NCBI GenBank assembly: GCA_964514555.1
Contig: CAZERM010000001.1
Coordinates: 9,682-73,681, forward strand
Direction: 5' to 3'
Length of the DNA stretch: 64,000 nt
Origin: an uncultured Lachnospiraceae bacterium
GTDB taxonomy: Bacteria > Bacillota > Clostridia > Oscillospirales > CAG-272
The notes under the pieces are model-generated. The model had not been told where the DNA came from. It saw nothing but the letters and a program-made list of their open reading frames with translations, and did no database searches. Position numbers and translations under genes: made by a program. Below are positions 26,638 through 36,346 of the stretch, one piece after another (position 1 is the stretch's first letter; the number at the start of each line of letters is the position of its first letter).

Positions 26638-28632
26638 ATGCCCGAAAAAACACCAATATACAATAATGAAAGCATTACAGCGCTCAAAGGTGCAGACCGT
26701 GTGCGTAAGCGCCCTGCCGTTATCTTCGGCTCGGACGGCATTGAAGGCTGCGAACATTCCGTTTTTGAAATACTCTCCAACTCCGTAGACGAAGCGCGTG
26801 AGGGTTACGGAAGCGTTATATATATAACTGTTACAAATGACGGCGTTATCTCCATAGAGGACGAAGGCCGCGGTGTACCGCTCGATTTCAACGAAAAAGA
26901 GGGCAAATACAACTGGGAGCTTGTTTATTGCGAGCTTTACGCAGGCGGTAAATACAACAATAACGATAACGATTCAAACTATAAATATTCCCTCGGTCTC
27001 AACGGCTTGGGTGCGGCTTCCACGCAGTACAGCTCCGAGTTCATGCACGTAAGTTCATATCGCGGCGGCGAACTTTTGGAGATGCACTTTAAAAAAGGCG
27101 CTCCCGACGGCGAACTTTTCCGCCGTGCGCTCACAAAAAAGGATAAAAAACACGGTACCGTCGTTACTTGGCGCCCTGACCTCGACGTTTTCACGGATAC
27201 GGCAATTCCGCGCGAATTTTTCGAAACGATGCTCGAACGTCAGGCGATAGCAAACAAAGGTCTTTCTTTTGTTTTCAAATTCCAAAATAACGACGGCGAA
27301 TTTGACGAAAAGACGTTTTACTATGAAAACGGTATCGCCGATTATGTTACGGAACTTGCGGGCGAAACATATATAACTCCTCCCGTGTTCTGGCAGACGG
27401 AAGCTCGAGGCAGAGACCGCGAGGACAAGCCCGAATATAATTTCAAAGCGGAGATCGCTTTTTGCTTCTCCAACGAAGTCAGCAAAACGGAATATTACCA
27501 CAACGCAAGCTTCCTTGAACATGGCGGCTCGCCCGACAGCGCAACAAAAACTGCTTTCACTTATGCGATAGATAAATATATCAAAGCAACGGGAAAATAC
27601 AACAAAAACGAATCCAAGATAGGCTTTTCCGATATCGAGGACAGCTTGCTCCTCGTTATAAACAGCTTTTCAACGCTCGTTTCCTACGCGAACCAGACCA
27701 AAAAAGCCATAACGAACGAATTTATCAAAGAAGCACTCACAAATTACCTCAAACACGCGCTTGAAGTTTATTTTGCCGAAAAACCTGCGGAAGCGGACAA
27801 GATAGCGGCGCAAGTGCTCGTAAACAAGCGCAGCCGCGAAACGGCGGAGAAAACTCGAGTAGACGTAAAGAAAAAGCTCGCTTCCTCGGGTTCCGACGTG
27901 GCAAACAGAGTTGAAAAATTCGTTTCCTGCCGTTCAAAGGACGTAACTCGCCGCGAAGTTTATATCGTGGAGGGCGACTCTGCGATGGGCTCTTGTATCC
28001 AGGGACGAGATTCCGAATTTCAGGCGATAATCCCCGTAAGAGGTAAAACGCTCAACTGCCTTAAATGTGGCTATGACAAGATATTCAAAAGCGAAGTCAT
28101 CGTTGACTTGCTCAAAGTCATCGGTTGCGGCGCAGAGATAACGGGCAAATCAAAATCCGCACAGAATACTTTTGACATCTCCTTGCTCAAATGGAGCAAG
28201 ATAATCATCTGTACCGATGCCGATGAGGACGGTTTCCAGATACGCACGCTCTTGCTCACGCTCTTTTATCGTCTTTTGCCCACGCTCATAAAAGAGGGCA
28301 AAGTATACATCGCGGAATCTCCCCTTTTCGAGATAAACTGCGGCAAAGACACATATTTTGCATATAACGAGCAGGAGAAAGCGGAGATACTTGCAAAGCT
28401 CGAAAATAAAAAATACACCATTCAGCGTTCAAAAGGTCTCGGTGAAAACGAACCCGAGATGATGTGGCAAACAACTATGAACCCCGCAACGCGCCGCCTT
28501 ATTCAGGTAAGTCCCACGGATGCGGAGAAGACAGCATATATATTCGAAACATTGCTCGGCGACGACTTGCCCGAGCGCAAAAGATTTATCAAGGAAAACG
28601 GTAAATTTTATCTCAAAGACGCTGATATCTGA
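26638..28632 (+). CDS. parE: Type IIA topoisomerase B subunit (ParE/GyrB family, topo IV-like)
   Basis: GHKL ATPase N-domain, Toprim IVEGDSAMGS, KGLGENEPEMMWQTTMNP. 664 aa. Confidence 0.8.
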   Translation: MPEKTPIYNNESITALKGADRVRKRPAVIFGSDGIEGCEHSVFEILSNSVDEAREGYGSVIYITVTNDGVISIEDEGRGVPLDFNEKEGKYNWELVYCELYAGGKYNNNDNDSNYKYSLGLNGLGAASTQYSSEFMHVSSYRGGELLEMHFKKGAPDGELFRRALTKKDKKHGTVVTWRPDLDVFTDTAIPREFFETMLERQAIANKGLSFVFKFQNNDGEFDEKTFYYENGIADYVTELAGETYITPPVFWQTEARGRDREDKPEYNFKAEIAFCFSNEVSKTEYYHNASFLEHGGSPDSATKTAFTYAIDKYIKATGKYNKNESKIGFSDIEDSLLLVINSFSTLVSYANQTKKAITNEFIKEALTNYLKHALEVYFAEKPAEADKIAAQVLVNKRSRETAEKTRVDVKKKLASSGSDVANRVEKFVSCRSKDVTRREVYIVEGDSAMGSCIQGRDSEFQAIIPVRGKTLNCLKCGYDKIFKSEVIVDLLKVIGCGAEITGKSKSAQNTFDISLLKWSKIIICTDADEDGFQIRTLLLTLFYRLLPTLIKEGKVYIAESPLFEINCGKDTYFAYNEQEKAEILAKLENKKYTIQRSKGLGENEPEMMWQTTMNPATRRLIQVSPTDAEKTAYIFETLLGDDLPERKRFIKENGKFYLKDADI

Positions 28633-28661
28633 TAATATTAAATATATAGGAGTGAAAAACA

Positions 28662-30872
28662 ATGGCAAAAAAGAAGACCGATATAAAAGAGACCCTTCCT
28701 CCTGCACCGGTAACGCCCCAGCCCATAACGGAAACGATAGAAAAAAACTATATGCCCTATGTAATGACCGTTATAGTTTCACGTGCCATTCCCGAGATAG
28801 ACGGCTTTAAGCCCTCTCACCGCAAATTGCTCTATACGATGTATAAGATGGGTCTTTTGAACGGACCGAGAACTAAAAGCACAAATATCGTCGGCTCCAC
28901 GATGAAGCTCAACCCTCACGGAGACGCGGCGATATACGAAACTATGGTCCGCTTGACACGCGGTAACGGAGCGCTCCTTCATCCGTTCGTGGATTCAAAG
29001 GGTAACTTCGGTAAGCAGTACAGCTCCGATATGGCTTACGCGGCTTCGCGTTACACGGAAGCGAAACTCGACACATTTTGTAACGAGATATTCGGCGGCA
29101 TAGACAAAAACGCCGTTGATATGATAGATAACTACGATGCAACGATGAAAGAGCCTGTGCTTTTGCCCACGGCTTTCCCCAACGTGCTCGTATCCCCCAA
29201 CATGGGCATCGCAGTCGGCATGGCGAGCAAGATATGCTCCTTTAACCTTGCGGAGATATGCGACGGTACGATAGCATTGCTCAAAAATAAGGACACTACC
29301 ACGGAAGAACTGCTCGATATAATCAAAGCGCCCGATTTTTCAGGCGGCGCAGGCATCATCTATGACAGAAACAAGCTCCACGCGATATACGAAACGGGCG
29401 AAGGCAGCTTTACTATGCGCGCTCGCTATGTTTACGATAAAGAAGCAAACTGCATAGACATCCTCGAGATCCCTTATTCTACAACGATAGAGCTTATCCT
29501 CAAAAAAATAACGGAAATGATAAAAGACGGCTCGCTCAAAGAGGTTACGGATGCTCGAAACGAGATAGACCTTCACGGTTTCAAACTCACACTCGACCTT
29601 AAACGCGGCACTGACCCCGAAAAGCTTATGGCAAAGCTTTTCAAAAAGACTCCGCTCCAGGACAATTTCGCCTGCAACTTCAACATACTCATCGACGGCA
29701 CCCCCAGAACGATGGGTATCAAAGAGATACTCACGGAATGGATACGTTTCCGCATGGGTTGCGTAACGCGCGAGCTTACATTTGACCTCGGCAAAAAGAA
29801 AGACAAGCTCCATCTTTTGCTCGGTCTCGGCGAGATACTCCTCGATATCGACAAAGCTATTCAGATAGTTCGTGAAACGGAAAAAGAATCCGACGTTGTC
29901 CCCAACCTTATGGAAGGCTTCAGCCTTGATGAGATACAGGCAGAATATATCGCAGAGATAAAGCTACGCCACCTCAACCGCGAATATATCACGGAACGCA
30001 TAGCCGAAATAAACGATCTCCGCAAAGAGATAGATGAGCTTACTTCAATCATTGAATCGGAAACAAAGCTCAAAAAATACATCGCAAAACAGCTTACAAA
30101 GATAAAAGATAAATACGGTATGCCCCGCAAGACTCGCCTCATCTACGAAGAAGACATCACGAGCTTTTTCGAGGAAGAACATATCGAAAATTATCCTGTT
30201 CGCCTCGTGCTTTCGCGCGACGGCTTCTTCAAGAAGATAACGCACAATTCCCTTCGCGCAAGCTCGCTCCGCGGCAGCGACGAGCATAAGCTCAAAGAGG
30301 GCGATATCGTTATCCAAGAGGAAGATGCGGAAAATATCGATGAGCTTTTGTTCATCGGAAGCAAGGCGCAGATATACAAATCCCGCGTTTCCGATTTCGA
30401 GCAGATGAAAGCTTCTTCGCTCGGCGAATTTATCCCTGCTAAGCTCGATTTTTCAGAGGGAGAGCGCATTGTTGCCATGACTGCTCTTCATGAATACAAC
30501 GAAGCGCACAATATTATCTATATATTTGCAAACGGCAAAGGTGTTAAGATACCTGTTTCTTCATATGAAACAAAGACCAACCGCAAAAAGCTCATAAAAG
30601 CATATTCCGATGCTTCTCCGCTCGTTGCGGCGATATATGAAGCGGAGCCTTTCGACCTTATGATAGGTACAAACTCTGGCAAGGGTTGCATCATCAACAC
30701 CTCGCTCATTCCGCTCAAGACAACGAGAACGAGCACAGGCTCCTCCTTGCTCTCACTTAAAAAAGATGACGAGGTGGCTTTTGCAATCAAAGATTTCGAA
30801 AAGCAGTTCCCCGATACAACAGGACTTCGCAAAGTGAAAGTCCCTGCCACACCCTCGGCGATAAAAAAATGA
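28662..30872 (+). CDS. parC: Type IIA topoisomerase A subunit (ParC/GyrA family, topo IV-like)
   Basis: AIPEIDGFKPSHRKLLY motif and active-site Tyr in AASRYTEAKL. At 736 aa it is shorter than a typical GyrA. Confidence 0.8.
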   Translation: MAKKKTDIKETLPPAPVTPQPITETIEKNYMPYVMTVIVSRAIPEIDGFKPSHRKLLYTMYKMGLLNGPRTKSTNIVGSTMKLNPHGDAAIYETMVRLTRGNGALLHPFVDSKGNFGKQYSSDMAYAASRYTEAKLDTFCNEIFGGIDKNAVDMIDNYDATMKEPVLLPTAFPNVLVSPNMGIAVGMASKICSFNLAEICDGTIALLKNKDTTTEELLDIIKAPDFSGGAGIIYDRNKLHAIYETGEGSFTMRARYVYDKEANCIDILEIPYSTTIELILKKITEMIKDGSLKEVTDARNEIDLHGFKLTLDLKRGTDPEKLMAKLFKKTPLQDNFACNFNILIDGTPRTMGIKEILTEWIRFRMGCVTRELTFDLGKKKDKLHLLLGLGEILLDIDKAIQIVRETEKESDVVPNLMEGFSLDEIQAEYIAEIKLRHLNREYITERIAEINDLRKEIDELTSIIESETKLKKYIAKQLTKIKDKYGMPRKTRLIYEEDITSFFEEEHIENYPVRLVLSRDGFFKKITHNSLRASSLRGSDEHKLKEGDIVIQEEDAENIDELLFIGSKAQIYKSRVSDFEQMKASSLGEFIPAKLDFSEGERIVAMTALHEYNEAHNIIYIFANGKGVKIPVSSYETKTNRKKLIKAYSDASPLVAAIYEAEPFDLMIGTNSGKGCIINTSLIPLKTTRTSTGSSLLSLKKDDEVAFAIKDFEKQFPDTTGLRKVKVPATPSAIKK

Positions 30873-30897
30873 GCTCTCTTGACACAAAGGAGACAAT

Positions 30898-31560
30898 ATG
30901 AAAATAACCATCATAACAAAAGATGAGATATTTTCCCGTATGCTTTTTTGGGAGATATCGCAGTTCGGCGTTCAGATATCGATATTTGAGGATCTTTGCG
31001 CCGAATCGCAGGAGGAAGCCGAAAGATCTGACTTTACGATCTTGGAAGCGTCCGTATTTTCCGCGCACACAGAAGAAGTTTCTTACCTCGAACACACGCA
31101 GATAATACTTTTCGGATATGATGAAGAATTTTCCGCGCTCGAATTAAAGATACCCTCGGGATTTCACATATTCAAGCGACCTTTCCTCGTAAGTGAGATG
31201 ATGACATATATATTCGAAAAGAACGACGAAAGCTTGCTCGGTGTTCGCCCTGCAAAACGCAGAAAGAGTCCTGCCGATTCGTTGATACTCAACGCAAAGA
31301 GCCAGACTGTCGTTTACCGCAAGGAAACGATAGAGCTTACGCAAAGAGAATTTGCGCTTTTGGCTCTGCTGATAAAATATAAGGGCGAAATAGTAACACG
31401 CGCGCAAGCGGCGCAAGCTGTTTGGGGCAAAGACGGCGATGTTGAAACTAATGTTGTCGATGTTTATATCCGATATCTGCGTGAAAAGCTCGACGAGCAT
31501 TTCGGGATAAAGATGATATCGACCGTTCGCGGCAAAGGTTATACGATAAAAACAGAATGA
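30898..31560 (+). CDS. OmpR/PhoB-type winged-helix regulator with an atypical receiver domain
   Basis: The C-terminus LTQREFALLALL...VVDVYIRYLREKL...TVRGKGY is an OmpR-type DNA-binding domain. The receiver aligns with Glu50 (31045-31047) at the phospho-acceptor Asp position. SD AAGGAG. Confidence 0.75.
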   Translation: MKITIITKDEIFSRMLFWEISQFGVQISIFEDLCAESQEEAERSDFTILEASVFSAHTEEVSYLEHTQIILFGYDEEFSALELKIPSGFHIFKRPFLVSEMMTYIFEKNDESLLGVRPAKRRKSPADSLILNAKSQTVVYRKETIELTQREFALLALLIKYKGEIVTRAQAAQAVWGKDGDVETNVVDVYIRYLREKLDEHFGIKMISTVRGKGYTIKTE

Positions 31561-31608
31561 ACCTTTTTAAAAAGGTTCATTTCTTCAAAACAACACTATG
31601 CTATATTT

Positions 31609-31642
31609 CAGGGGCGACCTTTGGTCGCCCGTTTCCCATCGC
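31609..31642 (+). repeat. GGGGCGACC-hairpin module (CAGGGGCGACCTTTGGTCGCCCGTTTCCCATCGC)
   Basis: Same module as 12011-12045, 29 of 34 positions identical by eye. Confidence 0.7.
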
Positions 31643-31651
31643 AACAATTTT

Positions 31652-31858
31652 GTCATTGATAAAATCAGAGCCATGCACCAAAGGTTCCAAACTAAAAGCC
31701 ATCAATCTTGATATGTGCCCTGCGGCGTGGTTCCGAGGGTGGCTCCCCTCGGGGAGCCGCATTTGATACATCAATCTTTTTTCGATACGATTCTCCCAAG
31801 CGATAAACCTGCAAGGTTTTCTGCTTCTTTTGCGAGCTTTTTTCAGATAAAGAAAAGC
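31652..31858 (+). repeat. Copy B of the ~208-nt intergenic element (plus orientation)
   Basis: Homologous to 11985-11778 on the minus strand. Internal hairpin CCGAGGG-tggctc-CCCTCGG at 31733-31752. Confidence 0.75.
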
Positions 31859-31892
31859 AAAAAATCCTTCTCCTGTCGGAGAAGGATTTTTT
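31859..31892. terminator. Bidirectional terminator
   Basis: A6-TCCTTCTCC-tgtc-GGAGAAGGA-T6, lying directly after the DUF3048 gene stop on the other strand. Confidence 0.8.
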
Positions 31893-31895
31893 ATC

Positions 31896-33182
31896 TTAGT
31901 TGAATACAACTACTTTTGCAGGGTCTGTGTTATCAAGGTAACCGATATATGTGTTACCTGTAGCGAGAGTAAGCTCTTCGCCTGTAAGTGTTGTGAGCTT
32001 GAGTGCGCCGTCTTCGTCGGGCTTGCTCCACTTGATGGAGATGCACTTGCCGCCGTAGAAGTAGTAACCCAAACCTTCGCCTGTTGTCTTAACGGAAGCA
32101 ACGTGCGGATCTTCAACAGTACCGTTTACTCTGGAAACGTCTGTGTAAAGCGTGATAAGGTTTGTGAAGTTGAGCTGTTCGCCCGTTACAGCGTCAACGT
32201 GGGGGATCTCATCCTGAGAACGGTAGTATTTGCCGTTCTTGTATGTGTAAGAAACCTTCTTTTCGCCTGCGAAGTTGTCCATTGTGAAGTAAAGGCTTAC
32301 ATTTGTAGCGTTGGATGCGTTTTCAAGAACTTTCTGTGTACCTGCGGCGATGAACTTGAGAGACTGTGTTGTTACGCCGATGTATGTGTTACCGGAAAGG
32401 TTGAAACGGCTCGTCTTTGACTGGAGAGTTGCAAGAAGCGCTCTGGATGTGATAAGTGTATCATATTTGAGATCCACACGACCTGTGTTGTAAGAACCTG
32501 TGTAATATTTGATAGTGCCGTATTTTTCGCCGCCCTCTTTTGTACCGAAAGCGTATTCGTCTTTGGTGTTGATATAGCCGTATGTGTTTTTGCCGAGAGA
32601 AGCATCCCAAGAACCGCCCAAACGCTGAGAAGCAGTTGTAGCAAATTCTTCATATGTGGAGCCACCGTGGCAAACTAGGATAGCGTTGTGGTTAGCTGCG
32701 AGGTCGATGTGGAAGATTCTCGCGGAGCGAACGTTGCAAACGTCATCAAGGTTTGTGTAATCGGAAACGACCATAAGGAAACGTGTGATGCCGGGAGCAA
32801 CGAGTGTTTCATAAAGGATGTCTGCTTTGTTGAGACCTGTCTGATGTGCAAGAGCAACACCGATGTTATCTACAACGATAGCAACAGGGCGCTTGAGAGA
32901 AGCGTCATATGTAGTTTTAAGACCTGTAAGGGGGTTGATGTAGTTACCAACGCCGACATCGATAATATTGGAAGTTGTGCCTGTTGTAGCGTCAACTGTT
33001 CCGGATGTTGTGGAATCCGTTGTTTCTACGGAACCTGTTGTTGTGTTGCCCATAGGGATATGGGGGTCTTTTGTTGTGGAAATTTCGCCCTCGTTATTGC
33101 ATGAGAACAAGAACATACTTGTCGTCATGAATGTCATAATAACGGCAAAAATGAGAGCAATTCTTCTGATTTCTTTTTTCAT
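31896..33182 (-). CDS. DUF3048 domain lipoprotein (YerB-like)
   Basis: Lipobox MFLFSC, a Thr/Ser-rich linker, and PVAIVVDNIG...ADILYETLVAPGITRFLMV, typical of DUF3048. Confidence 0.75.
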   Translation of the reverse strand: MKKEIRRIALIFAVIMTFMTTSMFLFSCNNEGEISTTKDPHIPMGNTTTGSVETTDSTTSGTVDATTGTTSNIIDVGVGNYINPLTGLKTTYDASLKRPVAIVVDNIGVALAHQTGLNKADILYETLVAPGITRFLMVVSDYTNLDDVCNVRSARIFHIDLAANHNAILVCHGGSTYEEFATTASQRLGGSWDASLGKNTYGYINTKDEYAFGTKEGGEKYGTIKYYTGSYNTGRVDLKYDTLITSRALLATLQSKTSRFNLSGNTYIGVTTQSLKFIAAGTQKVLENASNATNVSLYFTMDNFAGEKKVSYTYKNGKYYRSQDEIPHVDAVTGEQLNFTNLITLYTDVSRVNGTVEDPHVASVKTTGEGLGYYFYGGKCISIKWSKPDEDGALKLTTLTGEELTLATGNTYIGYLDNTDPAKVVVFN

Positions 33183-33297
33183 TTCTTTTACTCCTTAAAA
33201 ATTTTTTATTCGTTACCGCATTACGGCAACGAACCATTCCTTTTCTCATGTTTTTTCACAAACTTCAGAGAAAAATTTTGTTTTTCATCGTAGATTA

Positions 33298-33326
33298 AGT
33301 ATACCATATAGGTATATAAATGTCAA
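33298..33326 (-). promoter_or_regulatory. SigA-type promoter upstream of the DUF3048 gene
   Basis: Minus strand: TTGACA, 17 nt, TATACT with an extended TG. This leaves a ~110-nt 5' UTR. Confidence 0.6.
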
Positions 33327-33375
33327 ACCATTTTTATAACCTTTTTACGCCGTGTTATCGCAAAATAAGATATAG

Positions 33376-33891
33376 TTATACAACAACATCCTCGTTCTTG
33401 TCGGAATTTTGGCTTTTTTTGCGAGAATTATTTTTCTCACGCAAAGCACGGAAAAAATCCGAGAGCATGGAAGCACATTCTTCTTCCCTTACACCGCTTA
33501 TTATTTCAGGCTTATGGTTAAGGGGGTATGCGTTAAGGTCGAGCACTGAACCGAAAGCACCTGCTTTTGTATCTTTTGCACCGTATACTACGCGCTTTAT
33601 GCGCGAATTTACTATGGCTCCGGCACACATCGGGCAAGGTTCAAGCGTTACGTAAAGTTCGCATTTGTGCAAGCGCCAACCGCCGAGTTTTTTGCAGGCA
33701 GCGGAAATAGCCAGCACTTCCGCATGGTTTATAGCGTTTTTTTCTGTTTCACGGGTATTATATGCTGCCGCGACAACTTCGCCTTCGCAAACTACGACAG
33801 CGCCGACAGGCACTTCTATAAGCTCGAGCGATCTTTTCGCTTCCTCTATGGCAAGCCCCATGAAATGGTGAAACTGTTCTTCTTGTGTCAT
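33376..33891 (-). CDS. tadA: tRNA adenosine(34) deaminase
   Basis: HAEVLAI and PCPMCAGAI zinc motifs. 171 aa. Confidence 0.9.
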   Translation of the reverse strand: MTQEEQFHHFMGLAIEEAKRSLELIEVPVGAVVVCEGEVVAAAYNTRETEKNAINHAEVLAISAACKKLGGWRLHKCELYVTLEPCPMCAGAIVNSRIKRVVYGAKDTKAGAFGSVLDLNAYPLNHKPEIISGVREEECASMLSDFFRALREKNNSRKKSQNSDKNEDVVV

Positions 33892-34790
33892 ATGAAATTC
33901 ATTATTACCGCACTTGCGATAAAGAGTATCATCGGAAATGTGAGGAACGCAGAGGAAGCGACGTTACCGTAATCTCCGTTTGAAAATTTCTTTGATATAT
34001 TCGGCGCCAGCATACGCAATGCCACGAGCAAAAGCACGAACATTACAACGAGTATCAGCATCATAAGTCTCGTGTAGGAGATATACTCCATTCCGGAGGA
34101 TACTCTGCTCAAAATATATGTGATAAGATTATTCAAAAAGTGTATTCCGATAGTATAGCGCACAGAACCCGTTTTGATATACACGAACCCTAGCACGAAA
34201 CCACAGATGAATGCATACGGAAAAGTATAATATGAATAATGAGCCAAGCCGAAAAGGAGCGAAGAGCCCATCACGGCGAAAGTAGAACCGAAAACGGTAA
34301 GTTCACGGCAAAACAACTTTCTGTAAAGAAATTCTTCGCAAACAGCAGGAACGACGGCGCATTTTATAACGGAAAGTATTGTCATCAACACTCCATCGTT
34401 GGCATAAGACACCGTAGCCATGGGAAAAGCAGCTGAATAGAGCAGACCGAAAATGAATATCAATTCAAATCCCGCGAAAGCAAGCAATATATTGTATTTT
34501 ACAGAGCCGTTAGGCGCATTTTTTGTTCCTATCTTTTCAAATTTTGCGGCGCGTTGCATATTTATAAAAACAACGGCGGGCACAGCTTGAAAAAGCACGG
34601 AAAACGCTATCGATACAAGCATTTTTACGATACTGTTTTTAAATTCCATCTCGGAAATGAAAATTGCATAAAGCCAATAAAACAGCAATCCCGCCATAAG
34701 CGAAACAGCTATGTTTTCCGAAGTCCGTTTAGCGCGAAATACCATTCTTTCCACCTTCCCAAAACCAAATGTTCCGTAATATTTTACCAT
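33888..34790 (-). CDS. CPBP family intramembrane glutamic endopeptidase
   Basis: Motifs CEEFLYRK, FGLAHY and HFLNN. Polytopic. 4-nt overlap with tadA. Confidence 0.8.
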   Translation of the reverse strand: MVKYYGTFGFGKVERMVFRAKRTSENIAVSLMAGLLFYWLYAIFISEMEFKNSIVKMLVSIAFSVLFQAVPAVVFINMQRAAKFEKIGTKNAPNGSVKYNILLAFAGFELIFIFGLLYSAAFPMATVSYANDGVLMTILSVIKCAVVPAVCEEFLYRKLFCRELTVFGSTFAVMGSSLLFGLAHYSYYTFPYAFICGFVLGFVYIKTGSVRYTIGIHFLNNLITYILSRVSSGMEYISYTRLMMLILVVMFVLLLVALRMLAPNISKKFSNGDYGNVASSAFLTFPMILFIASAVIMNFI

Positions 34791-34920
34791 ATCAAATACA
34801 AAAAAACAATATTATTTTCGCTTTTTAATCTTATAATTGAGAAAATTTACAAATCATCATACGATATCGCCGCGCAAATGCAAATAAACACAATATTTTT
34901 TTCATATTTATTTTATATGC

Positions 34921-34949
34921 TTGACAATGCCAAGCTTTTAAAGTAAACT
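34921..34949 (+). promoter_or_regulatory. Candidate SigA-type promoter
   Basis: TTGACA, 17 nt, TAAACT, located 40 nt before the ATG at 34989. Confidence 0.5.
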
Positions 34950-34988
34950 TTTTTATATAAATCAAATCGATCAAACGAGGAAACGATA

Positions 34989-36269
34989 ATGGATCTTAAT
35001 AAAATTCTTTCGAAACTTGAAAATTGTCCTTGCGGCAAAAAGCATACTTTTTTCACAAAAGCGATAGAGATCGGCAGCGGTATAACAAAAGATACGGGCA
35101 AGATCTTGCGCGATAACGGCTTTGAAGACGAACTTTTGCTCGTTGCCGATGAAAACACCATCGCCGCCGCACAAGGTGTGCGCGAAAGTCTTCGTGAAGC
35201 AGGCTTTGCCGTTAAAGAACAGATATATGAAAATCTTATGTATGCTCGCGCAGAGCAGGTCGATGAGCTTTTGGAGCTTTCAAAAGATGTAAAAGGCATC
35301 ATCTCTGTCGGCACAGGCTCACTCAACGATATCTGCCGCGTTACCGCTTACAAAACAGGCAAAAAATTCTGTATCTTTGCGACAGCGCCCAGCATGGACG
35401 GTTTCGCATCAGACACAGCACCCATAATCAAAAACAATTTCAAAGAATCTTGGAAAGCCGAACAGCCTCTTGTCATTATCGGCGACACAAAAGTGCTTGC
35501 CGCCGCTCCTGCGGAACTTAAAGCTTCGGGTTTTGGCGATATGGTGGCAAAATATATCGGTCTTGCCGAATGGAAGATATCAAATCTTCTCATCGGTGAA
35601 TATTACTGTGAAAATATCGCCGATATAACAAAGCAGGCTGTCGAAAAGATAGCCGCTCTCGCGGATAAGATATGCGAAAACAACGAAGAAGCGGCAGGTG
35701 CCGTTATGGAATCTCTCGTTCTCACGGGTCTTGCAATGAAATTGGCGGGTTGTTCTCGCCCTGCATCGGGTGCGGAACACGTTGTTTCCCATTATCTCGA
35801 ATGTTGGAAAGTAAACAGAGGTATCTGGCCCGAATTTCACGGCAAAAAAGTCGGCGTTATGACGGTCATACTCAACCGCGCATACCGCAACCTTGCGGAA
35901 CGCGTTACGGAGGTTGAGCCCACAGCTGATAATACGGATTGGGATCTCGTATATTCAAAATATGACGAGTGTATGCACGATGATGTAAAACGCATGAATG
36001 ACCCCACCATAACAGATAAAGTAGACCCTGCGCGCCTCAAAGAATGTTGGAGCGATATTCGCAAGATAATTTTCGAAACGCTTCCCGACGACGAAACGCT
36101 CATGAAGCTTATGAAAGCGGCAGGCGCGGCTACAACTCCCGAAGAGGTACACGTAAGCGATAAACTTCTCAAGGATGCGTTGCAGTTCCACCCCTATATG
36201 CGCTATCGCTTGCTCATAACAAGACTTATGCCCATGCTCGGCATGGATATAATGGATTTTATTGAATAA
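34989..36269 (+). CDS. Iron-containing alcohol dehydrogenase superfamily protein, sn-glycerol-1-phosphate dehydrogenase (AraM/EgsA)-like
   Basis: 426 aa. GTGSLNDICR nucleotide-binding segment and a His-rich metal site (GAEHVVSHYLE). The overall pattern resembles G1PDH-related proteins. Subfamily not verified. Confidence 0.55.
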   Translation: MDLNKILSKLENCPCGKKHTFFTKAIEIGSGITKDTGKILRDNGFEDELLLVADENTIAAAQGVRESLREAGFAVKEQIYENLMYARAEQVDELLELSKDVKGIISVGTGSLNDICRVTAYKTGKKFCIFATAPSMDGFASDTAPIIKNNFKESWKAEQPLVIIGDTKVLAAAPAELKASGFGDMVAKYIGLAEWKISNLLIGEYYCENIADITKQAVEKIAALADKICENNEEAAGAVMESLVLTGLAMKLAGCSRPASGAEHVVSHYLECWKVNRGIWPEFHGKKVGVMTVILNRAYRNLAERVTEVEPTADNTDWDLVYSKYDECMHDDVKRMNDPTITDKVDPARLKECWSDIRKIIFETLPDDETLMKLMKAAGAATTPEEVHVSDKLLKDALQFHPYMRYRLLITRLMPMLGMDIMDFIE

Positions 36270-36282
36270 AACAATATCACCA

Positions 36283-36316
36283 AAGGGCGACTAATGATCG
36301 CCCTTTTCATTTTTTA
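36283..36316 (+). terminator. Intrinsic terminator
   Basis: AAGGGCGA-loop-TCGCCCTT followed by TTTTCATTTTTT. Confidence 0.75.
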
Positions 36317-36346
36317 ATTGAATTTTTATCTTATATAATAATATAA

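Noticed and set aside
31557-31909. ORFs across the repeat elements (31557-31766, 31715-31903, 31601-31909, 11840-12073, 11676-11945, and the first 88 codons of 11153-11971).
   Set aside because: Similarity between the copies is at the nucleotide level in all frames. There are no SD sequences, and the peptides have no domain-like features. I treat them as non-coding repeats.
33190-33260. Small Lys/Arg-rich ORF (about 51 codons, starting MRKGMVRCRNAV) in the DUF3048 5' UTR, overlapping the gene start out of frame.
   Set aside because: It has no SD, its composition is driven by the A-rich UTR, and it overlaps the real start codon. It is probably spurious.
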